Of a stretch of 64,000 bases of DNA, positions 1 to 12,411 are shown in pieces. The notes under the pieces were generated by a model that ran no database searches, was not told where the DNA came from, and saw nothing but the letters and a program-made list of their open reading frames with translations. Source of the stretch: Cyanophora paradoxa CCMP329 (Eukaryota; Plantae; Glaucophyta); the NCBI GenBank assembly GCA_004431415.1, contig QPMI01000494.1, positions 372,001 to 436,000 of the forward strand. Direction: 5' to 3'. Every line of letters begins with the position of its first letter. The first letter of the stretch is position 1. The position numbers and the translations under genes were made by a program.

Positions 1-559
1 GGGGGGGGCGGGGCGGGGCGGCGCCGGTCAGACAGGGCCGGGGCGGCGGGGGGGGGCGGGAGGGCGAGGTGCTGCTGAGATAGATCCGTCAAGTTCTTAG
101 ATTCGTAGATTTGATTTGATTAGATTAGATTAGATAAGAAGGGCCAGAATCTCTTGTGCTCAGGGGCTCAAGGAGGGCTTCAAATGCTTAAGATGTTTAG
201 ACCTTGGCCCGCAAGCTAGAAACGCTAGAAACGCTTAGAGGCTTAAGAAGGGCTTAACGTTCTTAAGAAGAAGAAGGTTCTTAAGTTCTTAGACTACAGC
301 TAGGACGCTTTACAGCCTTGGCCCGGAAGCTGGGAATGCATAAGAAGGGCTTCAAAGTTCTTAAGAAGGGACCTTGCTGGGTGCTGCTAGGACCTTGCTA
401 AAAGGGCTTCAGAGCGGGTGCTGCGTTCCTTAGAGGCTTAAGATGCTTAGAATACAGGTAGGAAGCTTAGGGCCCTGTCCCATTAAGAAGGGAAAGCTAC
501 AGCTTAACTTAAGAAGGGCTCTGTCTAAACTAGAGCTAGGAGGCCTAGGGGGGAACCCT

Positions 560-3018
560 GGGCGGACCTTGACAGCGGAGCGGGTGCGGCGGGTCTGCTC
601 GGAGAGGCCCCCGCCGACCTCGCGCCGCAGCTCCTCCAGCTCCTCTCGCCACTCCTTCGCCCCGAAGTCTGAAGAGAAGAGAAGAAGCGTCAGCGAAGAG
701 GCGTGCGCGCGACGACTAGCTAGCTGACTAGCTAGAGCCTAGCTAGACCCAGCCTTAGTTGTTGTTGTTGTTGTTGCCCGTTCCAGGCCTAGGGGCGGGC
801 CGGGGCGGCTGCCAATCCCACCCGGGGCGGCGTGGCGGGGCCGCGGCCCGCTCGCACCCTCGGCGGCGGCGGCGAGGATGCTAAGACGGCTGAGGCCAGC
901 AGGAGGGGGCCGCTGCTCGCACCCTTGGCGGCGGCGTCTAGATGATGCGTCTAGGCAAGTCTTGGCTGTCTTAGCGGCTGCTGGTCCCACGGGACAGAAC
1001 ATGGCAGAGCGAGGGCCGCGGCTCTTGGCGGCGGCAGCGAGGATGCGTCTAGTCTAAGACACCGCTAAGACGCCGCTAAGAAGGCTAAGAGAGCGCACCC
1101 TTGGCGGCGGCAGCGAGGATGCGTCTAGTCTAAGAGACCGCTAAGAGAGCTAAGACGGCTGAGGCCAGCAGGAGGGGGCCGCGGCGCGCACCCTTTGCGG
1201 CGGCGGCGAGGATGCGGAGGAGGCGCGGGACGACCGTCTCGAGGGCGTGCACCAGCGCGTCCAGGAGCGCCAGCGCCTGCAAAGGGAAGGGGATCAGAGG
1301 CGGCCGATGAGAAAGAAAAGAGAAGAGCTTAGAGCGCTTAGAGGCCGTCCGTCAACCAAGGGGCAGGTTCCGAGGCGTGCGCACGCGCGTGCGCAAGCAA
1401 GCAAGCTGTTGAGGTCTCTAAGGCGTCCCCTCTAGCCGCTCCGACGCGCGCGGCGGGGGCCAGCGAGCGCTCCAAAGAGCACTAAGGAGGCTAAGAAAGG
1501 CAGTCGCTAAGAAAGCGGGCGCTAAAAATGCTTAGAAAGCATGCGCCGAGAAAGGGCGGACCTCGTCCCACCACGTCTGGTCCCGCTCGTACTCCCCCGC
1601 GCTCGCGAAGGCCTCGACGGTCTCCCCCGCGGCGCCGTCCTTGGCAAGCGAGGCGCCCTCCTGCCTCCGCGCCGGCAGGGACGACGACGACGAGGCCTGG
1701 GGCGAAGAAGTGGAGGAGGCGGAGGAAGAAGGGGGCAGGGCGGCCTTGTTCTCCCGCTCCTGCTCCTCCTCCTCGTCCTTGCCTCCGCCGAAGGCGCGGG
1801 ACCAGGTGCGGGCGAGGCCGGCTCGGATCTCCGCCCGCTGCCGCTTGCGCCCGCGCTTCAGGACCTCGGGCACCGCGAAGAGGTCCGTGATCGACTCCGG
1901 GTCCTGAAGTTTCTTAGGAAGGAGGTAGGAGGCGGGCAGGGCGGGGCACCTTGTCGGGCTTGCCGTCGGCCCGCTTGGCGGCGACGCGGGCGATGGCCCC
2001 CGGGCCCGGGCCGATCCGCACCAGCCCCGCCGCGCCCACGTCGCCCTTCTTCTCCTCCCCGTCCGATCCCCTGCGAGCGGAGGGGGGGCAGATCAGGGGG
2101 TGTACCGTGGAGAAGGCCGAAGGGCGGGGAAGAGGTACCAGTCCTCCTCCATCAGGTCGACTACAAGGTCAAGGAAGCGGCTCCGGATGATCGGCTCGTC
2201 GAAGTTCATCTGCGCACCCCCCGCCACCGCCACCGTCTTCCCGGGTACAGGCGCTTGGAGTGGGGGGTACGGCACCTTCTGGGCGGGCCGGAGGTCGACG
2301 GGGGGGGCGGGCGCCGCGGGGGCGATCGCATCCTCCCCGGGAGGGGGTATGACCTCCACCTGCGTTCGGACAGACAAGCAAGTTAGAAAGGAATCGGATC
2401 AGCACAGATTAGCTCAGCAAGTTAGAAAGGGTCTAGGAGTTAGAATCTATGACAAGCTCAGCAAGTTAGAAAGGATCTACGACTTCGAATCTAAAGCTCA
2501 GCTAGCCTCGCCCTCGCACCTCTGAGGCGAGGACGCGCCGTGCGTCGCGCTCGGCCGCCGCGTCTGCCTCTGCCTCCGCCGCCGAGGAGGAGGAGGCCCC
2601 AGAGGCCGAGCCCGAAGGGGAGGGCGGCTGCGGTTAGTTTGTTAGGAGAAAGAGAGGCGCCGTTCGGAGAGTCGTTCGGAGAGTAAAGTCACCTGGGCCG
2701 GGGTCGGGGGGCGGCTCGTCGTCGAGGGGAGGAGAATGTCCAGCACGCGCTGCGCGGGGCGGGGCGGGGCGCCAAAGAGTGAGGCGAGAGACCGCACAGT
2801 CGGCGCGGGCCCCGCCCCGCCCCGCACCTGCGCGACGCTCGGCCCGGGCTCCTTGTCTTCTTCCTCCTCCTCCTTCGCCGCCGCCGCCGCGGCCTCTTCC
2901 CTGCCCTCCGCCTTTTCCTCCTTGGCGGCCGCCGCGGGCGCCGCCGCCGCCGCTGCCGCGGGCGCCGCCTGCTCCTCCCTCCCCTCCTCTTCCTCCTCCT
3001 CCTCGCTGCTCTCCTCTT

Positions 3019-3049
<31 letters not shown>

Positions 3050-5377
3050 GGGCTGAGCCTCCGGCGCCGCCGAGGGTTGGGCCTCCGGCGCCGGCGCTTC
3101 CTCGACGACCTCAGCCGCCACGACCACGACCTCCTCCTCATCCTCCTCCTCCACCTTCCCGACCGCGGCGTCCGCCGCCGCCGGCGCCGCTTCCGGCGCC
3201 TCCGCCTCCGATGCCGGCGCCTCCTCCGGCGCCTCCGCCGCTGCTGCTGCCGCCTCGGGCGCCGGCGCCGCAGGCTCCGATTCCGGCTGGAGCTCAGGCC
3301 GGGGCTCGGGCTCAGATGGCTCAGGCTGGAGCTCCGGCTCCGGCTCTGCCGCTACGACCTCCGCCGCGGTGGTTGGTTCTGCCGCGGCCGCCTCCTCCGC
3401 CGCCTCTTCCTTCGCCGCTGCTGCAGAAGCCGGCTCGACCGCCGCCGCCGCCGCCGCCCCGACCTCCTCCGCCTTCGCCGCCGCTTCGACCGCCGCCGCC
3501 GCCGCCGCCGCTGCCTCCTGCTTCTTCCTCTTCTCCTCCGCCGCCGCCTCCTCCTTCTCGTCGTCGTCATCGTCGTCGGGCACCGGCGAGGCCGAGGCCT
3601 CCACTGTCACGGTGCCGTCCTCCGCCACGGCCACGCCCGCCTTCTCCTCCTCCTCCTTCTCCTTCTTTAGGCGCTCCTGCTCCTCCTCGGCCTTGGCCGC
3701 CTCCGCCCGCGCCTTGGCCGCCGCCACCGCCGCGCCCGCCGCCGCCGCCGCCGCCGCCGCGCCCTTCGCCGCGAGCGCCGCCGCGCCCTTCGCCGCCGCC
3801 GCCGCCGCCTTCGCCGCCGCCTCCCGCCGCGCCGCCGCCTCGTCCTTCTCCTCCGTCTCGGCCTCGGCCTTCGCCTCAGGCGCCTCCGGTTTCCTGTCCT
3901 TCGCCGCTGCCGCCGCCGCCGCCTGCTCCTCCTCATCCTCCTTGGCCGGCGCGAGCTCCGGCGGGGCCGGCGCCTGGGGCTTCGGGATCGCCGCCGCGAT
4001 CGCGGGAAGGGCAGCCACCGCCGCCGCGCCGATCCTCAGCACCGAACGGAGCCCGACGTCCAGCGCCCGGAGGACCGTTCGCGTGCCCCAGGCCACCTCC
4101 AGAACAATCTGCGGGGCGGGGTACGACGTCGGCGTCGGCGTCGGCGACCAGGCGGAAGAAAGGGGGACGGCGGGGATTCGAACCTGCGCCCCGAACATGA
4201 AGTCCTCGCGCATCTCGCGGAGGATTCGGGCGCCCTTGGTCGCCGCGTCGGCGCCGCGGACGCGGATCTTGCGCCCGGCCTTGTACGCCCGCCTGAAGAG
4301 CCGGCTCTTGAACTCGGGCTCGGGCGGGATGTACCCCTCCCCGCCGCCGGCGGCGGCCCCGCCCTGCGCCAGGCCGCCCCCCCGCTCCTCCTCCTCGCTC
4401 TCGTCGTCCGCGTCGTTCTCCTCGTCCTCAGACGACGGCCGCCGCGAGCGCGCGGCATCCTGCGGCGGCGCCGCCGTTGCCGATGCCGCCGCCGATGCCT
4501 CCGCTCGGCGCTCGGGCGCCGGCGTCGCCCTCGCCGTCTGCTGCTGCTGCTGCTGCCGCCGCTGCTGCTGCTGTTCAGCCGCGCTCTCCCGCCGCTCGGA
4601 GGGGCCCTGCCCGTCCTCCGACGGATCCGCGCCCCGCGCGGCGGCCTGCGCGGCCTCTGCCTCGCGCTGGGCGCGCTCCTTTGCTTCCCGTTCGGCCTCC
4701 TGCTTCGCGCGGGCTTCTCTCCTCGCCGCCGCCTGCTTCGCGCGCTCCTCCTGGTTCTTGGCCCAGCCGACGCGGAAGTCGTCCAGAACGGGAGCCAGCC
4801 GCTCCTGGAGGAAGGCCATATCCTGCATGAAGAGCTCCCGTCCCGACTTCGGCCGCTCGCCGCTCCCGCCCGCCTCGCCCGGCGGCGTTTCCTGCCGCGG
4901 CGGGGCGCGCGGGTGAGCGGGCGGCGGAGAAAAGGGATCGACGTGCACATAACAAAGGCGACTGGGGCTCGTAATCAGATGAGCAAGGGGGTTTGATGTG
5001 TGGGTCGGCAGTCGACCACGCCAGAGTGGCAGCCTCGACAGACGCTCACTCTCGCAGCGTTCGCTAGGTCCTGGGTGGACTGCATCCTCTAGAGCCCCAG
5101 ACGCTCTCGCCCGCTCCCGCGCCGCGCGAACCTTGCTGGCGTCGTCCTCGGCGCGAGGGATCAGCGAAGGGACGAATTGCGGCTGCTTGCGTCGTGGACG
5201 CTCCGCTCCATGCGACCGCAAGCGACCGCCAGATCCAGCGAACAGGCTGCTCGAGCTCGCCGCGACGTGTTGGAATCCGCGCCCCGCGCTCGGGCTCGGC
5301 GACGCGCGCCTATCGCCCGCAAACTGCAGCACGGGCGGCGTCGCGAACGCCTCGCGCTGCCTGCCGCGGCCGGGCAT
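560..5377 (-). CDS. Multi-exon low-complexity Ala/Glu/Pro-rich protein of unknown function (3' end uncertain, may extend to the window edge)
   Basis: 911-aa ORF 2642-5377 with charged helical A/E-rich content; further GT-AG-bounded coding segments at ~2510-2620, 2140-2360 (VEVIPPPGEDA...DLMEEDW), 1950-2070, 1560-1905 (DPESITDLFAVPEVLKRG...QTWWDE), 1190-1280 and ~570-660. Confidence 0.55.
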
Positions 5378-5459
5378 CTTGATTGCGGCACAATCTAGTC
5401 GCGGCGAACGTAGCTCTCAGTACCCCCTCGAGACCCGACCCAACAGCCAACGCAACATC

Positions 5460-8139
5460 ATGGAGCCGCCGGCGAAGAAACAGAAGCAAACGGTAGCGAA
5501 GGAGAGCATGTTCAAAAGGTGAGCCGGCACCCCTCTCGCGCCCGGGCGCGCGGGGCCCGCTGGCACTTTGTCGAGCCTGCTCGCGTTCGCATTCGAATGC
5601 ACTTCCATAGCTACGCTAGCCTTGGGATCGCCCTCGGGGGCTGGGCGCTCCAGCGGCAGCACGCCCCCGAACCATCAGCCTAACGCGGGAGGAAGCCCCC
5701 CCGGCCGGGCCCAGACACCGCGCGCACCGCCGCGCTCACGTGTATGACACGGCGAATCGCAGATTCGGATGGGCCGGCATGCCTGCGTCGCTCTGGAAGT
5801 CGATCCTCGACCTTCTCGACTACGAGGACTGCGTGAACTGCGTGATGGCCAGCAACTTCTTCCGCAAGCTCTTCGACCAGGTCCGAATGGCCGTTGTCCG
5901 CGCTGCACTCCTTGCGGGACCCCGCTGAACATTCTCGCTGCAGGCGCACGCGATCCCGCTGCAGCCGTCGCCGATGAACCAGCACTACGTGGACAAGCTC
6001 AGCACCGGCTGGTTCATGCGGTGCGAGCCTCGATCGGCCTCCCCGCGCGCCGGCCTCCGAATTCGATCCGCGCCGCAGTTCCTCGTGGGGCGTGTACGAG
6101 GTCACTTCCTTCGACGACCGCGCGCCGCTGCCGACGCCGGCGGCGACCGACTCGCACCTCGCGGCGGAGTATTTGAAGGATAACATCATGGAAGAGCTGA
6201 TGCGGCTCGGGAACTGTCTGAACCAGTGCGCTTCCGCGCCCGCGCGCGCGTCCGCCCGTCCCTCTCGGCTGACTCGCCCGCTCTCCGTTCCTTCCTCCGC
6301 CATCGTCGCAGCTTCGAGACGCGGGTGAGTGCCGCCTTTCAACTCTTCTCCATCCTCTTTCTGACTTCTTTCTTCTTGTTCTTCTCTTAGTGGCTCGACA
6401 TCCCAACGAGCACGGCGTACAAGGCGGAGGACCCGGCCAAGCGCCAGCCGAACCAGCCGGCGCCGGCCACACCATCTCCGCCCTTCCACTTCTCTTTCAT
6501 CGCCACCAGCGAAGGTCCGCCCGCCCGCCCGCCCGCCCGCCGGCTCAGCTTCAGCTTCCAAGATCAAATTCTCGCTTCGCCTCAGATTTCTCGACCGTGT
6601 GCTTCGCGTGCCCGCACCCGAACCCGCAGCACTACGGGACGTACGCGCTCGTGGCTCTGGACACGGGTACGGGCAAGAAGGCCCAGTGCATCTCCCACCG
6701 CGGGTGGCTCGCCTCGTACTTTAACCAGGTACCCCCCTTCTTTATCTGATGGAGGGTCGGCATTCCTGTACCCCCGCTTACCTTCTCCCCCCTCAGGAGG
6801 CGTCCTGGATCGCCCCCGACAACAACGCCGTCGCCATCGTACCCCGCCCGCAGGTCCGCCCCGCCCCGCCCCCGCCGCCCTCGTACCCGTCCCCGCCAAA
6901 GCCGACCGCGTCCCGTCCCGCAGAACTGGCAGACCCCCGTCAAAGAGGTCATGGTTGCCGTGGGGCTTCAGGTTCGAATCCGCGCGGAGGCAGTTCTCAA
7001 AAATCGCTGAAATCGCGCGATACCCCCCAGAACCTCATTCGCTCGGGGAAGAACCTTCTTTTCGAGTCTCACCGTCTCCCTGTACCCGACTCGGCCTCCG
7101 TCCAATCCCTTTCCTTCTGGGGCGACACCAAGGTACCCCCCGGTCTACTCTCCCCCCTTATTTCCTTTCCGATTCATTTCGCAGTACATGATCCGGCTGG
7201 CGACGTACTGCTCGGACTACTCGATGCGCGGCTGGCTCCTCCGCAAGGGCATGGCGCCCCTACCCCTCTTCGAGCTCCCCGTCTTCAGGTACCCCTTCCT
7301 TGAGCTGTACCCCTCCCCTCCTGTCTCTTACCTGCGGGTAGCCCGACTTTCAACACGTACCCCATCGAGCGCTGCCTCCAGTCGGAGGTGCTCGTGTGCA
7401 AGAACGGGGCGTTCATCCTCGTGGCCGTCGAGGCCCGTACCCCCCCTCCACCCCTCCACCCCACCCTACTTTCTTTCGCTTACCCCCCTCGCAGGCGATC
7501 ATCGCGGGCCAGTCCTTTATCCTCTGCAACGCTTTCCTGCGGGTCCGTACCCCCACCCCCGCTTCTCCTCCCTCCGCCTCTCCCCCTGACCCTCCCCTTG
7601 CGCAGGCGCGGGGGCTGCGGCTGGCGTGGATCGCGACGGACGTGCGCAAGAAGGACAGCTGCGACCGCTCCCACCTCGAGAAGGCCCGCCCCAGACGGCT
7701 CAGATCTGAGCGTCTGTCTGAGCGTGCCTGAGCTGATCTGATCTGAGCGCAGGCGGTCATCCGGGCCCTGGACGGGCTCCACCCCCAGCTCTGGCTCCCC
7801 TCCCTCGCCGAGGTCGTCCGCCCCCGCGTGGCCTACGAGGTACCCCCCCTCCTTTCCCCCCGAGAAATGTGTACCCTGGCTCAGACGGCTCAGGTCTTTT
7901 CGGAGTTCCCGGCGCGGGACGCGGACCGCCAGCGCGCCCTCCTCCTCACCATCCAGCACTGGGACATGGCGCGCCGTACCCCCCGACTCTCAAGCTTATT
8001 TCTTGACCCACGCCTCGCTGACCGCGCGCGTTTGCCGCGCACGCAGCGGTGCATGGCGAACCAGATCAAGACGTGCACTGTCTCGCGGGACGAGGAGAGC
8101 GGCCGCGTCGCCATCTCCTCCTCCCGCCAGTACATCTAG
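5460..8139 (+). CDS. Multi-exon F-box-like protein
   Basis: ATG 5460 (MEPPAKKQK, NLS-like); F-box-like segment WAGMPASLWKSILDLLDYEDCVNCVMASNFFRKLF near 5770-5880; chain of short exons flanked by C-rich introns ending ...GRVAISSSRQYI* at 8139. Head-to-head with the 5377 gene (82 bp apart). Confidence 0.55.
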
Positions 8140-8748
8140 CCGTAGCCACCCGGCGCTCATCTGCAAAACAATTGCAGGCTCGAGCTAGCAGCAGGCTTCC
8201 ACTAGTACTAGGGCACTCAGCAGGTACTTCCGGGGGGGGGGGGGGGACGAGTGGAGTGGGGTACGGACGAGTGGAGTGGGGTACGTGGGAATATTTATTT
8301 AATCATTTGCATTGCAACACGCCGTCGACGTCGACGTCCGTGAAAAAGACTCTTTGGAGATGAATATTACGTCTACGTTTACAGGGGGAGGGACGGCCGC
8401 GGGTCGGCGGAAAGTGGGGGTTGCAGTTGGTGCGCTGGCCATGGGCGAGGCCGCTGGGCTCAGATCTAGACAGGGGCTGGCCGCGGGGATCCGGAGTCCG
8501 GCCGGGCAAGCTTAGAATAAGGGCCGCGCGCGTGGCGTCCCGGTTACTAGTTCGGGAGCTTAAGGGCGTGATACCCTTAAGCTTCCTGCAGCTGCCTGCA
8601 GCTGCAGGGCCGGACCTATCCGAGCAAATTGCACTTGTTCTTGTGCTCGTGACTGTCTGCTATATCTTTGATCTGTGATTACGTACACTCTGTTACGTCC
8701 AGGAGGGGTGAGGCCTACTCTGTTATCTCTTAATATTACCACCTACGG

Positions 8749-8779
<31 letters not shown>

Positions 8780-9123
8780 TAACATAATACCATGGGGGGC
8801 CGCCTAACATAATACCATGGCCCGGGGCGGCGGGGCCGCCTAAATATAACTTGACACTCAGTGACTGTACTCTGGACTGAGTCTCTCGGCCCGGCGGAGG
8901 CTGTCAGAGCCTTACCGTTCGGACCGGTTCGGTCGGTGGCCCACCGTAGCCGACGACTACCGGTAGCCGTTAACGTTACTCGGATTGACCGATGGTTTTT
9001 TTGGTCGGTGACCGTTACTCGGAGTCTGTGCAGCGGAGGCTGCGGAGCTCGAGAGTCCGCCGGTACCGGTCCGGCGCCGGAGACTCGCCGGATCCGGAGA
9101 CTCGGCGGAGAGTCGCCGGAGAG

Positions 9124-10427
9124 CAGGGTTCGCCGCCCAAAAATTTTGGAAAAAGAATGCAAAACTTTTTAGAAAAGTTTTGGTCCCCGTTTCGGGCCTC
9201 AAAAATTAATTTTGGAAATTTTTGCACCCCACCCCCCCTCATCCTCCGAAATATATCGTTTGCGGCAGCTTAGGCGATGTTAAATGAAGATATAAACGAC
9301 AAGCGAGTCCCTGCGGAGCAGGAGTGGCCTTGGGTCTTGGGGTTTCATGGGGTGAGGGTGGCCGCTCTTTATTTTAAAACGGGGCCCGCAACCGCGCGCG
9401 GTTACTGTTGAGAGGACTACGCCGCCTAGTAGCTTCTAGCTTGGTCTAGCTAGCGCCAGCGACACGTATACGCGGCGTACGTATACGCCGCGGCGCCGGC
9501 CGATAGCTAGGCTTCGTCGTATAGCAACGCCGGCGGCGCCGGCGCATGCTGGCGCAACCGTGGCCGGGCGCGCGCCGGCGTACGTCGATATCGATCGCGA
9601 CGTCGACGTCGGCGCCCGGCGCCGGCGCTGCGCACTGCGGCAGTGCACGTGCGCATGCTAGCTACAGCGCTAGCGCTGGCGCTCGATCGTTAACGTTGAT
9701 CGCGATCGTTTGCGAAGCGATGCGCGGCGATTCCGCCGGCGAAGCGCCTAGTGACTCCAGCCTTCCAGCCGGGTACAGAGGCTCTTTGCAATTTCCATCA
9801 TCGAAGGGGAAGCAAGCTGGAACCAATGACAATCGCGCTTGTCCGTGAATGGGTGAATTGACTTTTTGTGCCAATGGCGATCGGGCTTGACGCGAACAAT
9901 TTCGTTCGTACGTGCTGTTAGTGCATGTTAGAGGTGTCACATTTGAAAAGTAGCGCCGCCATCGTGCTCCCTAGGGTCGAAAATGGGTACCTAGGTCCAA
10001 ACATTTTGACCTGAATCACATTTTGAATTTACGGACAGGATAGCAACAGACCTAAGGGCCTCTCCTTTCCCCAAGGCGGACATAGAAGGCAATCTGAGGC
10101 TATTCTGAGCGTGGAAGCTTAATTATAAGGCGAGTTCTTGAGCTTCTGGCTCCTGTTGGGTGGGGGGGTACTTAAGCTTGGCCTTGAAACACGGGCAGGC
10201 GGGTTTCATGTGCAGATAGCAGCTCTCGCAAGCCGGCGATCGATAAACATGAGTTAAACAATGTTTAAGACGTGTTTGAATGCGATTTGAAGCACTTTAG
10301 ACGATGGTTTCGATTCTTTCGGGGCAAAAATTTTCTAAAAATTTCGCAAAAATTTTACATACAAGGCAAAACTTTTTGCAAAACTTTTTGGACCCTCGGG
10401 GGACCCCCAAAAATTTTCTCATCCCTG
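9124..10427. mobile_element. Non-autonomous hAT-like DNA transposon (1304 bp)
   Basis: Exact 8-bp TSD CCGGAGAG at 9116-9123 and 10428-10435; imperfect TIRs CAGGGTTCG.../...CTCATCCCTG; AT-rich subterminal arms; the left ~45 bp recurs at ~25348-25391; no transposase ORF. Confidence 0.75.
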
Positions 10428-10464
10428 CCGGAGAGTCGGAGTCTACTCGGAGACTCGCCGGAGA

Positions 10465-11467
10465 GGCCGAAATTTCCGAAAGTTCCAATCGAAATTCGGT
10501 TTTTGGAGTTCGAGCCTCGGACTCGGGGTAGTCTCGGGCTCGGAGTCGCCTCGGACTCTTAGCCTCGGAGCGCCGAATTCAGATTTCGGCCCGCCGAAAT
10601 TCGCTGAATTTCGGTCGAAATTTCGGCCTGTCCCCACCCTCGATCGCGAGCTATAGCTAGCGCTCCGGAAATCGTAAATAACATGTCCTTTTTTGTGAAT
10701 TACCGGCCACGTGCGCAGAGTCTAGACATGTACACCAGCCGCTGAGCCTGCGCATGCACTAGTACTAGTACTGCGGGGGCTGCCCAGGGGGCACAACGTT
10801 AACTGCAGGGACGAAGAATCAAAATAACTAGTACTAAGACAAGCGCTGCAGGGACGAAGAATCAAAATAACTAAGACAAGCGCTAGCCGCGCTGAGCCTT
10901 GCAAAAATTGAAGAGCACGAATTCGAAGAACGACAACCGTCGGACAATTGTGCAAAGAGCGCTAGCCAAAATCGACAATAAAAAAGGAATTCGAAAGACA
11001 CAGAGACAGACCATGGCCAGGAAGAGACGATAAGCGAACGAGACCGAGAAGATCCAGTGACAGAGGATATCGATGACAGACCGTCGGACAGCCTGGCAGC
11101 TGCAGAGTGCATGCACGTACGCGTCATGATCAAGCACTAGTACTAGTATACGTACTAAAACTAATTATAACAAGCTAAGTACGGTAGACTAACAAGACTT
11201 GAAAACCGACTGCATACTAGTGCCTAGCATGCGCAGTGCCTTCGAATTCGTATATACGGACGAAGTTAGCCAGTCCCCGCCCCCCGGGCACCCCAACCCT
11301 CGGCCCCCGGGGCCCACTTTCACGGCCGAAATATCGATATTCCGAATATTTGATTGATTATTTTATTCTCTTTCGGCCGAAATTCGGATGGAGGGTGCCG
11401 AAATTCAGCCGAAATTCAGATCTTTCGTCGAATTTCGGCTGGCCGAAAATTTGGCCCGGTAACTCTA
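10465..11467. mobile_element. Degenerate, internally expanded copy of the hAT MITE seen at 59945-60335
   Basis: ~10560-10683 matches the left half and ~11264-11467 the right half (ending GGTAACTCTA) of the 59945 element; CCGAAATT repeats; ~550 bp of extra sequence in the middle with a duplicated CTGCAGGGACGAAGAATCAAAATAACTA motif. Confidence 0.6.
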
Positions 11468-11753
11468 CACCCGGCCCGTGTGACCGTTTCTCGCCGAGTC
11501 GGACAGCTGAAACTCCTGAGACTCTGAGAGTCGAGTCAGTCGGTCGACGTCCGATCGCGCGGCCGCCGCCGGCCCGCCGGGCCCCGGCCGCGGGCGACCG
11601 CCGGACGGTCGGAGTCAGATCTAGACTCCGACTCGGAGTCTCGGACTCAGTCACTCTGGGACCCGGCCGCGGGCCGCGGGCCGATCAGACTCATGCAGAG
11701 CCTCAGACTCGGCTCGAGCTCACTGAGTCAGATCTACTACCGTAGTACGTATA

Positions 11754-12004
11754 CCGTAATACACAATATTATGTCATGCAAATTTATGTCGTTTTAAAAC
11801 CCGAGCCTTCTCTACGCGAAATATGACGTCCCCAAATTATGTCGGCATGAACTTTTCAGGCTTGTATGGGGCGGTAAAAGTGGGGGGATACCTCATTGCG
11901 CGCCCCATTATGACGTCCCCAAATTATGTCGTTTTGTCAAGTTTTAGGCGACATAATTTCGGGACGACATAATAAAGTACAGACCTTAATATTCTGCATT
12001 ACGG
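11754..12004. mobile_element. TA-targeting (Tc1/mariner-pogo-like) MITE, 251 bp
   Basis: TIR CCGTAATACACAATATTA / TAATATTCTGCATTACGG; internal AAATTATGTCG repeats; same length and collinear homology with 26682-26932. Confidence 0.7.
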
Positions 12005-12411
12005 AATTTACGGTACTCAGTAGTAGAGGCGGCCGCGGCCCGCGGGCACGCAACAGCCTGGCAGCGCATGCCATGCCATGATCATCGGTGACATCGGATG
12101 ATCGCATGATGCACTAGTACTGCGGCAAGCTCGGCAGAGTCGGCACCTGAAGCCTGAACGGCACCTGCCAGGCTGACTCAGTGAACTTCGGACTCCCGGC
12201 CGCGTGAAGCCCCGGCCGCCGCGCGCAGGCTCGGGATTCCGACTCGGCGACTCGGCGACTCGGCGTCGTCGGCGAGCTCGAGTTCGCAGCTCATTACTTC
12301 CTCGACGTCGCACAGAGTGCCACAGACTCGCACTGCGCAGCACTCGGCGTCGCTGGAGCTTCGCTGGGCTCAACGCTCTCGCAAACTTGATAAAAGTTCA
12401 TACTACTCGCG

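Noticed and set aside
2689-4955. Long Arg/Pro/Ala-rich ORFs in alternative frames (also at 22290-23856 and 39263-43094)
   Set aside because: Shadow ORFs from very high GC and GCC repeats, overlapping better-supported genes or simple repeats.
8746-8775. Long poly-G tracts as telomeric or functional elements
   Set aside because: Simple homopolymers scattered through the window, lengths unreliable, no telomeric repeat unit.
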